Source of the DNA: Hormiphora californensis
Taxonomy: Eukaryota > Animalia > Ctenophora
Length of the DNA: 64,000 nt
Assembly (NCBI GenBank): GCA_020137815.1
Contig: CM035353.1
Location: 5,642,001-5,706,000, forward strand
Direction: 5' to 3'
A program made the position numbers and the translations under genes. A model generated the notes under the pieces. The model searched no databases. It saw only the letters and a program-made list of their open reading frames with translations, and was not told the DNA's origin. Positions 42,359 through 54,770 of the stretch are shown piece by piece. Position 1 is the first letter of the stretch. Each line of letters begins with the position of its first letter.

Positions 42359-44182
42359 TTAGCACGTTGTATTTACTTGTTCTAGCGGTAGCCAGAGGTA
42401 TGTGTTTCCAACCCCTAGTTCCCACAAGACATTGCTACGTATGCATATACATATTGTAAATTTAACAAATTAGCTACCATTATACTCCAATTGAAGTCAA
42501 TTGTGACCCTTAATCCAATGTTGCAGTAAAATTTTCAATAAGACATGATTTACCTGAAAAGAAAGAAGGTATAAAAACAATTTGAAGAAACACAAGGTGT
42601 ACAAGAATCTTGCAACCTGACCATAAATTGAGTTTGAAAATACTACGTCTAAACTATATACAGTAAAACGTAACAGCTCTATAAAAAGAGATCAGATTCA
42701 CGTATATTATGAAATTAGATTATGTATGAATGAACAGCTGCAAATTAAACAGTATTTTACCTGGAAGCTGGAATCTTATATTTTAGCGGCAAAGAGTCCA
42801 TTACAAACATTAGTATCGGTAACTTTTATGGTAATGTCCGTCAGTACAAACACAATGATGTAAAAGTGAGGGGTGTTTAAACCATAAGGACATCTATGCA
42901 TTTCTTTTGTGGTGATCATTCTGTCATTATTAGAGGAAAGACTCGGAAAAAGGACCGGGGTTGGGGTCATAAAAACGTCCCCCTATATATCTACCCATCT
43001 GACTAATCTCGCTCACCTTGTTCCCAACGCTATCGGAAATAGTGACGGTTGCCTTGTCAAGTTGCTCGTAGCAGCAGGAATGGTATGCATTATAGATCAC
43101 AACATCTCCCACCTGGGACTTCTTGAAGGATGCCTGCGAGAGTGAGGATAGGGGACAATAGTTAGATAGTTGAGTTATTGGGTGGTGGGTTGACTGTTGA
43201 GTTATTGGGTGGTGGGATCAGTATAAGGTTAAAATTTGGGGGATATATAGTTATAAAACGAATATTTATAGCTACTTATATTACTAGATAAGTAGCTATC
43301 ATTTTACCCTGAGTGTTAGGGGTTAAATTACCTCTTATTCGTCGAGACACGATTAAGGCCAGAGGGGGGGGGGGGGTCCGGGGGTCAAAAACTCGATTTT
43401 TTGAAATTCAGATATATCAAAGAGGTTAACAAGCCCGATCTTTTCCGAAACCCCGAAAGTGACTTTTTAGACACCCCGACCCCCCCCCCCCCCCCCCTCT
43501 GGCCTTAGTTAAATATCCGAGGAAACGAGCGACGCTGCGACAATATAATCGACTCGATCTCTAGGCAATAACTAACCATAAACCAGGGGTTTTTCTCTAG
43601 TTTGGAATGGCAAAAAGTGTCAGGATCTTCGTCCAAGGCCATTTCTGCTCCCATTTTTTCGTCCCATTCAGAAGACATGGTTGCCGTGTCGATCTTTATC
43701 TCTTTACAGTCTGAGGGGAGAAAAATGCATCAGTAAACAGTATACAGTCTACTTAAAGTATGTTTTTCAAACTAAACAGACCAGTCAGACGCCGTCTGTT
43801 CATAATCTTGAGATTGTGACAGTATAAACAATACATAGCTTCACCACAAAACAATGCGATTTGGCTCTAGGAGAGACCATATATAAATTTCTAACACAGC
43901 CTCTCCTGCACCTCCGGGAGATCTCCCAGGGACGGCCTCAGAGACGCCCCAGCTGGGCGATCATATTAGATGCACCGCTCGAGACGGAATCTGCTAATCT
44001 ACTGCCGGAAAAGTGGACGGTTCTGGGGCACGTCCCCGGGGTATCTCCCGGATGTGCAGGGGAGGCCGAAATATTCCTAACTTCCCTTTATGGGCCCATA
44101 ACTCACCTCCATTGGAAAAGTCTATGTCCTTTTTGCCTGCCAAAACAGACCCAACAATGGTCAAAATAAGAAAATATTTCAT
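42359..44182 (-). CDS. Secreted F-type lectin (fucolectin/FTP)-like protein; 3' exons uncertain
   Basis: Signal peptide MKYFLILTIVGSVLAG (exon ~44182-44107), then exons ~43710-43578 and ~43133-43017: ATMSS..A.MALDEDPDTFCHSKLEKNPWF..VGDVVIYN..SCC..L, an FTP pattern; exons near 42760-42900 and 42359-42414 are tentative. Confidence 0.62.
43357..43504. mobile_element. Short Kolobok-like MITE (same termini as 30699-31693)
   Basis: TTAA|GGCCAGAG(G)n ... (C)nTCTGGCC|TTAG. Confidence 0.8.
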
Positions 44183-44792
44183 GGCTAACAAATATTCAAA
44201 AGTGTTACAGGCGAGGCAAAGGACTAACAGGATATGGATTACATAAGAAATCAATTGTATCTATCTGGCCTGGCAACGCAACAAAACTGTCAAGACTCAA
44301 GACAAGCGACCCGAACAGACGCACAACGAAATGGACACACACGCAAAGAGACTGAACGAGTGAGAGTCGCGCGCGTTCAGATTCACTCGATCTGCACGTG
44401 CATGCGCGTTATAAGAAAAGCGCTGACAAGCGTCAAGCATGGTCAGTTCTGAGAGAGGCACAATTCATTGTCAACTGTCTGGATGCGCCGACCCGATCTG
44501 AGCACTCTGTTGCTTTGAGAATCAAAACGGAGCCAGACAGATTGTCAATTGTTTCCCGTTCTGAATTTAAATTTTAAGAGTGAGATTACAGAAACCGAGT
44601 AATGTATGCATAATTTAACTTACCAAAGACTAGAAGTATGGGCTCTTATTAAGTTTTATTTATTTGACTATTGTACCATGCCAGTTAAATTTTAAGCTTC
44701 ATCGTCTCAAAGCACTTTAAACTCAATGTTCAACCCAATACAACTACAATGTACTGCACCACCTCTAAACATCTCAATATTTTCATAGCGAA

Positions 44793-45413
44793 ATGCCACT
44801 AGCAGGAAAGAGGAAGAAGCAGACCAAGCAAAAAGGAACTGCAATTCACCGACCCCTCGACAAGGGGCATGTCCCGAAAGCAATGTATATTGAAGAGCGA
44901 TTGAGGAGAATTAAAGCAGAAGACCGAGCCAAATACAAGCATGAACTTGATGACGGAGGTCAGCAAACAACAATTGTTCCTTTCGTTTTCAAATTTGAAC
45001 TTCAGCCTGTCACTTACCTGTTTACTTTCAGATATCAACCAGTTATTAAGGGATCTTTCGGACGACTCCAGCAGCAGTAGCGATAGCGACAGTGATCATC
45101 ATGACTCTTCATCTTCATCGTCTAGCTCTGACTCCGATGACTCTCTGAGGTAAATGTGCACGTGTTACTGTTACGAATGATAGCGGTACTTTGATTTGAC
45201 ACTTGCACTGTCTGCCAGGCCCCAATTTGAGTGCTCTCGGCGGCGCCAGACAGATTTGACAAGAGTTTACGGAAAATATTAACTAATTCATAATTCTTGA
45301 TAGGTCTCTAAGTAAACAGATCAAAAAGCTGAAGACGAAAGAAGCTGAGAAAAGAAGGGAACTGGAGGAAGCATGGTTAACCGAAGCACAAAAGGCAAAA
45401 TATATTATTCTTT

Positions 45414-45446
<33 letters not shown>

Positions 45447-45456
45447 CTTTCTTCTC

Positions 45457-45534
<78 letters not shown>

Positions 45535-48158
45535 CTTTCTTCTCTTCCTCTCCATTCGCTATACTGCACTGGATAACTACAGTCGACCCCGATTTACCGG
45601 AACCCCGATTTACCGCGGGAGGATAAATTCTCCCGATATAGGAAATTAACGGTATTTGGCCCCGATTTACCGGGGAAACCCCTTTCCCCCGAGCACCCCG
45701 GTAAATCGGGGTCCGACTGCAGTACTACATACTATAGGCGAGGGAGGCAGGAAAGTAGTCTTGACTAGCAGTTAACTCGTAGTTAACTTTGGTAATGAAA
45801 TTACCCCTCTGTTTTTGCAATAAAAGGGGTGACTTCGTAACCAATAGTTAACTGCAGTAACCGCAGTACCGACAGTATCGATACTGCGGTTAAGATTAAC
45901 TTATTAAATTATTTTATCTTAACTAACCCGGTACTTATCTTTAGGAAACAAATAAGAGGTGGAAGCAGAAAGCGTTGTATGTTGATCAGGAGCTATATAC
46001 GCGGCATAAAGAGATGAAGAGGGAAATCCATGATGTAAGTTGCCTTCCTCGACCCTCTTTCCTTTAAAGGATCAGGGTTAGAATATAACAAGATGCATGT
46101 AAGATATTCAGCTGGCAAGACAGTGCAGGTAACACTATAACAGCGACGAGGAGCAATTAATGTGTTTATATGTGTAAAACCACTAAACTGTCAGGTAGGT
46201 GGCCCGACAGCGTGGATTCAGCAGCTGTTCAAGACTGTAAACAGTGGGATGAAGGTTACAGAGAACCTTGTGTGGAAGATGGTTTCAAGGTACAGTCGGA
46301 CCCCGATTTAACGACAGGATAATCTTCCCCCGATATAGGAAATTAATACTATTTGACCCCGATTTAGCGAACACCGCGATTTAACAAAACTCCTGTTGGC
46401 CATATAATCATTAATCCTGACATTTTTAGGTTCGCGGTTGTTATGTTTGTGAAGGAGGTGAATAAAGAGGCCGGTAAGGCGAGTCAGATTATCGACCGAG
46501 TCAGGGAAAAACATAACATCAGTGAGGATGAAGTTTTAGAGGTACACAAATCAGGAACCGACCGTCCGACCGACAAAAGTTAACAACCAATCAAAACTCG
46601 ATATTTAGGTCACGTGACTGGTTATCAGCCAATCAGGGACCAGTCTTTCCTGATTCGGTCGGTTCCTGGTATAAATCCAAATCTTAAAAAATTTAAAACA
46701 TTTGTTGGTTTGTCTGGAAGAAGAACAGTATAAAACAAAACAGTTCCCTCTCCCCATTGAACCCATAACTTTAGATTCTAGTTATGCATGGATTTAAGTT
46801 TCCGTACAGTTGTATTGTCAGTTTAACCCTTTGAGACCGATAGGGTCACCAGTGACCCCACGCTAATTATGCATCTAGCGTCTGTCCGAACTAAATCTAA
46901 GAAGTTTAAATGGTTTTCCGGGTTAGAATAGACACTTTTTGGCTGTTTTTGGGGTCATTTTAAGCTTTGAACATCTTAGTTTACTAGAAATGCCAACTCT
47001 AAGCCATAAAAGTTGAAATTTTGGTGTAAAGTTGGCCATATCTCTAAAACGGTATAAGTAAGCCAATAATGGACCTACAAATCAAAAGAAAACCATAGGT
47101 TTTACCCCGATATGAAGTTTCGTGATGATTTGATCAAATTTGCAACGCTCAGAGGGCAAATAATGCCGGGGTCACCAGTGACCCTATCGTCCCCTAACGC
47201 TAATATAGAAATTTGGATTTTACGTGCATTTCTAAAGGATTGGCCACCGATAAAGGTCTAAAACGGCATTTTTCAAACGGGTGCTAGCGACTAACCGACT
47301 CCATCAGTGTTATCTATACATCTTAGAGAGTCGCTGAAAATTTTTTTGAGATTCGTGCTCCTTCATAAAAATTTTCATCTCGGCCAATTTGAAATTCTAA
47401 AATCGGCTACAGATGAGATACAGAGGTCCATAGGGTGTGTAAAATGTGCAGAATGGCCGGGTTTATATAAGTGTTATGAAGAAACATAGGGTCTAAGATG
47501 AGCGGTTTTCGAGTTATAAGGCAAAATAGCTACGAAATCTCAATTGTTTGCATTCCATTTGAGACCGATAGGGTCACTGGTGACCCCACAGAAACAAAGT
47601 TCGTAGAGACGAGTTTTTTGGTTCTGCTTTCAAGTAGGCTTGTTAGGAGTGTCTCCAGCAATTTTCAGATATTTCTGTCGATGGCGCCACTATCGGTCCC
47701 AAAGGGTTAAGTAAAAAAGTTTCAGTTAATAACCGAGAAACTAAAACCCACATTTATCCCAGGTTGTGTTAGATGACTCACATGCCGCAAAGGTGACTTT
47801 CATCGACTTACAACGTCTCACCAACAAGCGAAACTTCCCCCAAATCTTTGTCAATGAAACTTTCATCGGTGGCCTTGCTGAAACAAAGGTAGAAATTGAT
47901 TATAAGGTTGAATCATCATAAGCTGACGTACTGTCTGAATAGTTTTTCTGTCGAGTAAAATATCGAACTTACACGCAAGTGTACACTGTATAGACTGTTT
48001 GTTAATTTAACTTCCGTTTCCAGGATTTTGCGGAAAAGGGGTTGCTCCTCCGGCAAATACTAATCTTCCAGGGAATAGTGGACAGCAAGTGTGAGAAATG
48101 TGTTAAGCTTGAGGATCATCGAAAGTTGGCATACAGTTCAAAATCATATGACCACTAA
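44793..48158 (+). CDS. Glutaredoxin-fold cluster gene G3
   Basis: Exons ~44793-44958, 45032-45149, 45304-45394, 45945-46034, 46195-46289, 46430-46541, 47763-47888, 48024-48158 give GPTAWIQQLF..NLVWKMVSRFAVVMFVKE..IDLQRLTNKRNFPQIFVNETFIGGLAETK..SKCEKC. Confidence 0.8.
45410..45552. repeat. (CT)n microsatellite
   Basis: Direct reading. Confidence 0.95.
45580..45719. mobile_element. pogo-like MITE
   Basis: TA|CAGTCGACCCCGATTTA ... AAATCGGGGTCCGACTG. Confidence 0.85.
46293..46385. mobile_element. Truncated pogo-like MITE inserted at the TA of a splice donor
   Basis: AAG|GTA+CAGTCGGACCCCGATTTA; right TIR absent. Confidence 0.75.
46552..46668. mobile_element. hAT-like MITE (reverse orientation to 9262), degenerate TSD
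   Basis: CAGGAACCGACCG ... CGGTCGGTTCCTG. Confidence 0.85.
46827..47706. mobile_element. piggyBac-like non-autonomous element, TTAA TSD
   Basis: TTAA|CCCTTTGAGACCGATAG ... CTATCGGTCCCAAAGGG|TTAA; internal GGGTCACCAGTGACCC palindromes. Confidence 0.88.
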
Positions 48159-48389
48159 ACAAACTAAACATGAAACCATATTACTAATCAGACATTTGGG
48201 AGAGATTTTTTTAATATGTCGCGAGATACTGCCCAGGCAATTTTACATGCTTGTTTTAAATTTATGGTTTACTAGATGACATTCAGTTAATGTGTTTGAT
48301 CGATCTATAAGTTTAAGGTATTTACCAACTTTCTCTCTATCTAAGAACAGAAATGCTCCATTTATAAACTATCTAACATATACGTAGCC

Positions 48390-49199
48390 ATGCTAAAAGT
48401 AAAAACGAAGAAGAAAAAGAAGAAGAAAATTGTCGTGTCGCTTGTGTCGGAATCCTCGTCAGAAAGCGATGAATCAGAAACTCCGGCACCATCGACATCG
48501 ACAAAGAAATTTCCTCAGAAAACTAAGAACCTGGAAGCTCAGTCCTCACCAGGGAACTCTCTTGCTATTAACAAACTCAAAATGTAAGTAATATTTAAAA
48601 GAGATCAGTGAGATAACCAAGCCTTATACTACCTAACCATTTGCTCCGGTCGGAGCACCGCGTGAATCATGACGCGATGCAGCTGACAGATACTATATCT
48701 ATAATTCTCCAACAGAGATGAGGGTAGCATGACGGTTGAAGAATACAGTACCAAGATCCTGGAGGAGGTGGGTCCAACCCACTGGGTTCGACATCTCATG
48801 AAGGAGCTGGAGTCCGCTGGACCTATGAGCAAGCACACCAACGTGGCCATTGAAATTATTCGCAATTTCCCCGTCATTGTCTTTTCGAGCTCAGGTATTT
48901 AACAATTTCAACACAATCAAATGAATCATATTGGTATTGTTCATATAATTACAACAGATTTATCATATTTTATGATGCCGTCATGGACAATGATGGAGTC
49001 TTTTGTTTTGGGTATTATTGAATGCAATTTCAATAGCTTTTATAAAGAAGTCATTGAAATTTCATTTTAAAATGAAATAACCATCAAATTAAATTAATGT
49101 GGTATTTTCCAAGGGAATAGAGTAGGGAAAAAGGCGATTAAGCTCTTGGATGAAATACGAAGAAAGCACGACATTCATGAAAGCTCAGTTTTGGAGGTA

Positions 49200-49274
<75 letters not shown>

Positions 49275-52200
49275 ATAATTTCGTCGTTGCGTGATTTTCT
49301 TCGGCCTTTGCGGTTAACCGCGGTTCGCATTTATAGATCATATGATATTGATATTACCGTGATATATGTATAATAGTCACCCATCTCGCAGGTCTATTTA
49401 GATGACACTAGGGCCGGGAACAAGACATACAATGATCTAGTACTGGTAACAAAGCAGCTTGGACTTCCCCAAATCTTCATTGATGAGGTTTTCTATGGTG
49501 GTTACAATGAAATCAAATCTCTGTACCACAGCAAAACCCTTGGTTAGTCGAGTTGTCTCATACATGGTTGACACACCTTTTATCTTTATACACTACCGAA
49601 ATTAATTCGTCAAGGGGTAAAAATTAACGTTAATTTTATACGAGCATTATAACAACACAACATCTTTTAACGTTAATTTTTGGTTATTTATTTTTAAGTC
49701 GCCTTATATTTCGACAATAAAGAAGGCAGCAGTTTTTTTGATTGATGAGAAAGTTATGTATTATGTCGTCTGAATCCCTATAAAAGAGTCTCATGAGACC
49801 CTTTTATAAGGTTTCAGACGACATTAGTAATGTCATTAAGTGCCTTCGTGGGATTATGTAATCTTTTAGTCTGAGCGTAATTTACATAAAGACTCTTTAG
49901 TCTCTATTAACAATTTCTATTGCGTAATTTCAGCATTTTTATTGGCATTTCGCACCTCTCAAACAGTATCGGTCTCCCTAAACAGGGTGTGAACTGCATG
50001 TCGTGTTTGCTAGTCGCGAGCGCGCTCGCGAGACAAGCAAACACGTCAAGGTTCATTAACAAGCATGCTGCTCAGTCATTTTAGATTTAATACACAATGT
50101 AAGGATACCATGTAATAGGTGAGACTCTTGCCGTCACCCTCGTTCAAGTCCCGTGAAAAACGGAGCAGTACACGCAAACTGATGCCCATTTTCCTCGCGG
50201 GACCCCGATTCAGCAGTTTGAGACACCAACTCTTTAGGGGGCCATATCTCAGGAACCAGACAAGATAGGAAAAATCGCCGTCTAATGAGGCGTACAGTTT
50301 TTAATCTAGTTTACCACTGTACCGGCCGTTTCACTCTCCGACCTAAAACAAAAATCGCAACCCCACAAAACTTCAAAATAATGAAATTCGCATCTCGCAT
50401 GTCGTGTTGCATGTCGTGTCATGTTATTGACGCGCTCGCGTTCAACTCTCACACAGCAGCTGCAGAACATGGCGGGAAACATCGAGGAGTAGAGAGAGCG
50501 TCGGTGCCGAATCAAATATTTCTTGATCTTGATCTACTTCATCTCTCAGCTATCCTACCCCTCATCAACTCGATCTCTCAGCTACCCTACCCCTCATCTA
50601 CTCCATCTTTCAGCTACCCTACCCCTCATCTACTCCATCTTTCAGCTACCCAACCCCTTATCTACTCCATCTCTCAGCTTACCTACCTCCCATTTACTCC
50701 ATATCTCAGCTTCCCTACCTGCCATTTACTCCATCTCTCAGATACCCTACCTCCCATTTACTCCATCTCTCAGCTTACCTACCTCCCATTTACTCCATAT
50801 CTCAGCTTCCCTACCTCCCATTTACTCCATCCCTCAGCTACCCTACCTCCCATTTGATCCATCTCTCAGCTTCCCTACCTCCCATTTACTCCATCTCTAG
50901 CTCTCAGCTACCCTACCTCCCATTTACTCCATTTCTCAGCTTCCCTACCTCTCATTTACTCCATCTCTCAGCTACCCTACCTCCCATTTACTCCATCTCT
51001 CAGCTTCCCTACCTCCCATTTACTCCATCTCTCAGCTACCCTACCTCCCATTCACTCCATCTCTCAGCTACCCTACCTCCCATTTACTCCATCTCTCAGC
51101 TTCCCTATCTCCCATTTACTCCATCTCTCAGCTTCCTTACCTCCCATAAATACTCCATCTCTCAGCTTCCCTACCTCCCATTTACTCCATCTCTCAGCTT
51201 CCCTACCTCCCATTTACTCCATCTCTCAGCTACCCTACCTCCCATTTACTTCATCTCTCAGCTTCCCTACCTCCCATTTACTTCATCGCTTACCTTCCCT
51301 ACCTCCCATTTACTCCATCTCTCAGCTTCCCTACCTCCCATTTACTCCATCTCTCAGCTACCCTACCTCCCATTCACTCCATCTCTCAGCTACCCTACCT
51401 CCCATTTACTCCATCTCTCAGCTTCCCTATCTCCCATTTACTCCATCTCTCAGCTTCCTTACCTCCCATAAATACTCCATCTCTCAGCTTCCCTACCTCC
51501 CATTTACTCCATCTCTCAGCTTCCCTACCTCCCATTTACTCCATCTCTCAGCTACCCTACCTCCCATTTACTTCATCTCTCAGCTTCCCTACCTCCCATT
51601 TACTTCATCGCTTACCTTCCCTACCTCCCATTTACTCCATCTCTCAGCTTCCCTACCTCCCATTTACTCCATCTCTCAGCTACCCTACCTCCCATTTACT
51701 TCATCTCTCAGCTTCCCTACCTCCCATTTACTCGATCTCTCAGCTTCCCTACCTCCCATTTACTCCATCGCTTACCTTCCCTACCTCCCATTTACTCCAT
51801 CTCTCAGCTTCCCTACCTCCCATTTACTCCATCTCTTACCTTCCCTACCTCTCATTTACTCCATCTCTCAGCTTCCGTACCCCTCATTTACTCCATCTCT
51901 CAGCTTCCCTACCTCCCATTTACTCCATCTCTCAGCTTCCTTACCTCCCATAAATACTCCATCTCTCAGCTTCCCTACCTCCCATTTACTCCATCTCTCA
52001 GCTGCCCTACCTCCCATTTACTCCATCTCTCAGCTTCCCTACCTCCCATTTACTCCATCGCTTACCTTCCCTACCTCCCATTTACTCCATCTCTCAGCTT
52101 CCCTACCTCCCATTTACTCCATCTCTCAGCTACCCTACCTCCCATTTACTTCATCTCTCAGCTTCCCTACCTCCCATTTACTTCAGCTCTCAGCTTCCCT

Positions 52201-54630
52201 ACCTCCCATTTACTCGATCTCTCAGCTTCCCTACCTCCCATTTACTCCATCGCTTACCTTCCCTATCTCCCATTTACTCCATCTCTCAGCTTCCTTACCT
52301 CCCATAAATACTCCATCTCTCAGCTTCCCTACCTCCCATTTACTCCATCTCTCAGCTTCCCTACCTCCCATTTACTCCATCTCTCAGCTACCCTACCTCC
52401 CATTTACTTCATCTCTCAGCTTCCCTACCTCCCATTTACTTCATCGCTTACCTTCCCTACCTCCCATTTACTCCATCTCTCAGCTTCCCTACCTCCCATT
52501 TACTCCATCTCTCAGCTACCCTACCTCCCATTCACTCCATCTCTCAGCTACCCTACCTCCCATTTACTCCATCTCTCAGCTTCCCTATCTCCCATTTACT
52601 CCATCTCTCAGCTTCCTTACCTCCCATAAATACTCCATCTCTCAGCTTCCCTACCTCCCATTTACTCCATCTCTCAGCTTCGCTACCTCCCATTTACTCC
52701 ATCTCTTACCTTCCCTACCTCTCATTTACTCCATCTCTCAGCTTCCGTACCCCTCATTTACTCCATCTCTCAGCTTCCCTACCTCCCATTTACTCCATCT
52801 CTCAGCTTCCTTACCTCCCATAAATACTCCATCTCTCAGCTTCCCTACCTCCCATTTACTCCATCTCTCAGCTTCCTTACCTCCCATTTACTCCATCTCT
52901 CATTTATCCTAACATTCCTACCCCTGAGAGATGGAGTAAATGGGAGGTAAGGAAGCTGAGAGATGGAGTAAATGGGAGGTAGGAAAGCTGAGAGATGGAG
53001 TAAATGGGTGGTAGGGTAGCTGAGAGATGGAGTAAATGGCAGGTAGGGAAGCTGAGGGATGGAGTAAATGGGAGGTAGGGAAGCTGAGAGATGGAGTAAA
53101 TGGGAGGTAAGTAAGCTGAGAGATGGAGTAAATGGGAGGTAGGGTAGCTGAGAGATGGAGTAAATGGGAGGTAGGGAAGCTGAGAGATGGAGTAAATGGG
53201 AGGTAGGGTAGCTGAGAGATGGAGTAAATGAGAGGTAGGGAAGCTGAGAAATGGAGTAAATGGGAGGTAGGGTAGCTGAGAGATGGAGTAAATGGGAGGT
53301 AGGGAAGCTGAGAGATGGATCAAATGGGAGGTAGGGTAGCTGAGGGATGGAGTAAATGGGAGGTAGGGAAGCTGAGAGATGGAGTAAATGGGAGGTAGGT
53401 AAGCTGAGAGATGGAGTAAATGGGAGGTAGGGTATCTGAGAGATGGAGTAAATGGCAGGTAGGGAAGCTGAGATATGGAGTAAATGGGAGGTAGGTAAGC
53501 TGAGAGATGGAGTAAATGGGAGGTAGGGAAGCTGAGAGATGGAGTAAATGGGAGGTAGGGTAGCTGTGAGATGGAGTAAATGGGAGGTAGGGTAGCTGAG
53601 AGATGGAGTAGATGAGGAGTAGGGTAGCGGAGAGATGGACTAGATATTTAGGGGTAGGGTAGCTGAAAGATGGAGTTGATGGGGGCTAGGGAAGCATAGA
53701 GATGGAAACGATTATGGATAGGGATTCCCTACCCATAATCGTTTCCATCTCTATGCCATGCTTCCCTAATAGGGAAGCTGAGAGATGGAGTAGATGAGGA
53801 GTAGGGTAGCTGAGAGATGGACTAGATAAGGGGTTGGGTAGCTGAAAGATGGAGTAGATGAGGGGTAGGGTAGCTGAAAGATGGAGTAGATGAAGGGTAG
53901 GGTAGCTGAGAGATCGAGTTGATGAGGGGTAGGATAGCTGAGAGATGAAGTAGATCAAGATCAAGAAATATTTGATTCGGCACCGACGCTCTCTCTACTC
54001 CTCGATGTTTCCCGCCATGTTCTGCAGCTGCTGTGTGAGAGTTGAACGCGAGCGCGTCAATAACATGACACGACATGCAACACGACATGCGAGATGCGAA
54101 TTTCATTATTTTGAAGTTTTGTGGGGTTGCGATTTTTGTTTTAGGTCGGAGAGTGAAACGGCCGGTACAGTGGTAAACTAGATTAAAAACTGTACGCCTC
54201 ATTAGACGGCGATTTTTCCTATCTTGTCTGGTTCCTGAGATATGGCCCCCTAAAGAGTTGGTGTCTCAAACTGCTGAATCGGGGTCCCGCGAGGAAAATG
54301 GGCATCAGTTTGCGTGTACTGCTCCGTTTTTCACGGGACTTGAACGAGGGTGACGGCAAGAGTCTCACCTATTACATGGTATCCTTACATTGTGTATTAA
54401 ATCTAAAATGACTGAGCAGCATGCTTGTTAATGAACCTTGACGTGTTTGCTTGTCTCGCGAGCGCGCTCGCGACTAGCAAACACGACATGCAGTTCACAC
54501 CCTGCTAAAGTGAACAGTATAACTGTTTTCAGGGAGAACAATGCTGGCTGCGGTTGGCTTCACGAATCTCCCCTGTAAAATTTGTAAGAAAAAGGGACAA
54601 AACTTCCACAACCACAACTACTGGAAATGA
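48390..54630 (+). CDS. Glutaredoxin-fold cluster gene G4
   Basis: Exons ~48390-48583, 48716-48894, 49114-49196, 49392-49542, 54531-54630 give GPTHWVRHLM..NVAIEIIRNFPVIVFSSSGNRVGKKA..YNDLVLVTKQLGLPQIFIDEVFYGGYNEIKSL..PCKIC..HNH. Confidence 0.82.
49208..49271. repeat. (TA)n microsatellite
   Basis: Direct reading. Confidence 0.95.
49983..54504. mobile_element. 4.5-kb foldback element: CAGGG..CCCTG termini, 5-bp TSD CTAAA, arms = ~550 bp unique + 32-bp minisatellite
   Basis: 49983-~50535 is the reverse complement of ~53950-54504; CTAAA at 49978-49982 and 54505-54509; the repeat array switches strand at ~52903-52924. Confidence 0.9.
50535..53950. repeat. 32-bp minisatellite CTCCATCTCTCAGCTTCCCTACCTCCCATTTA, forward array then inverted array
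   Basis: Forward ~50535-52901 (~74 units), reverse ~52925-53950 with a small hairpin insert at ~53687-53768. Confidence 0.95.
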
Positions 54631-54770
54631 GGATGTTATCAGATGATTTTATTGAGTTGTACAATAGCTGGATTTTATTTTCTAGTACATATAGCGCCCT
54701 TTAAAGTTTTTATATCCTGAATGACACTTATATCAACGCAACTTAATTATGCATATTCAGCCGCTTAGCC

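Noticed and set aside
49763-49823. Small palindromes (also ~36704-36825 and ~56632-56680) as miRNA or other ncRNA genes
   Set aside because: No expression evidence; in this MITE-dense region they are more simply tiny transposon relics.
50535-53950. 32-bp repeat array as a CRISPR array
   Set aside because: Units are contiguous with no unique spacers, there are no cas genes, and the context is a spliceosomal intron; it is a minisatellite. The same applies to 4350-5070 and 35645-36456.
50285-54202. Mirror-image ORFs (50285-50857/53822-54202, 50306-50515/53972-54181; also 30757-30945/31450-31638)
   Set aside because: By-products of inverted repeats; no transposase or other protein motif.
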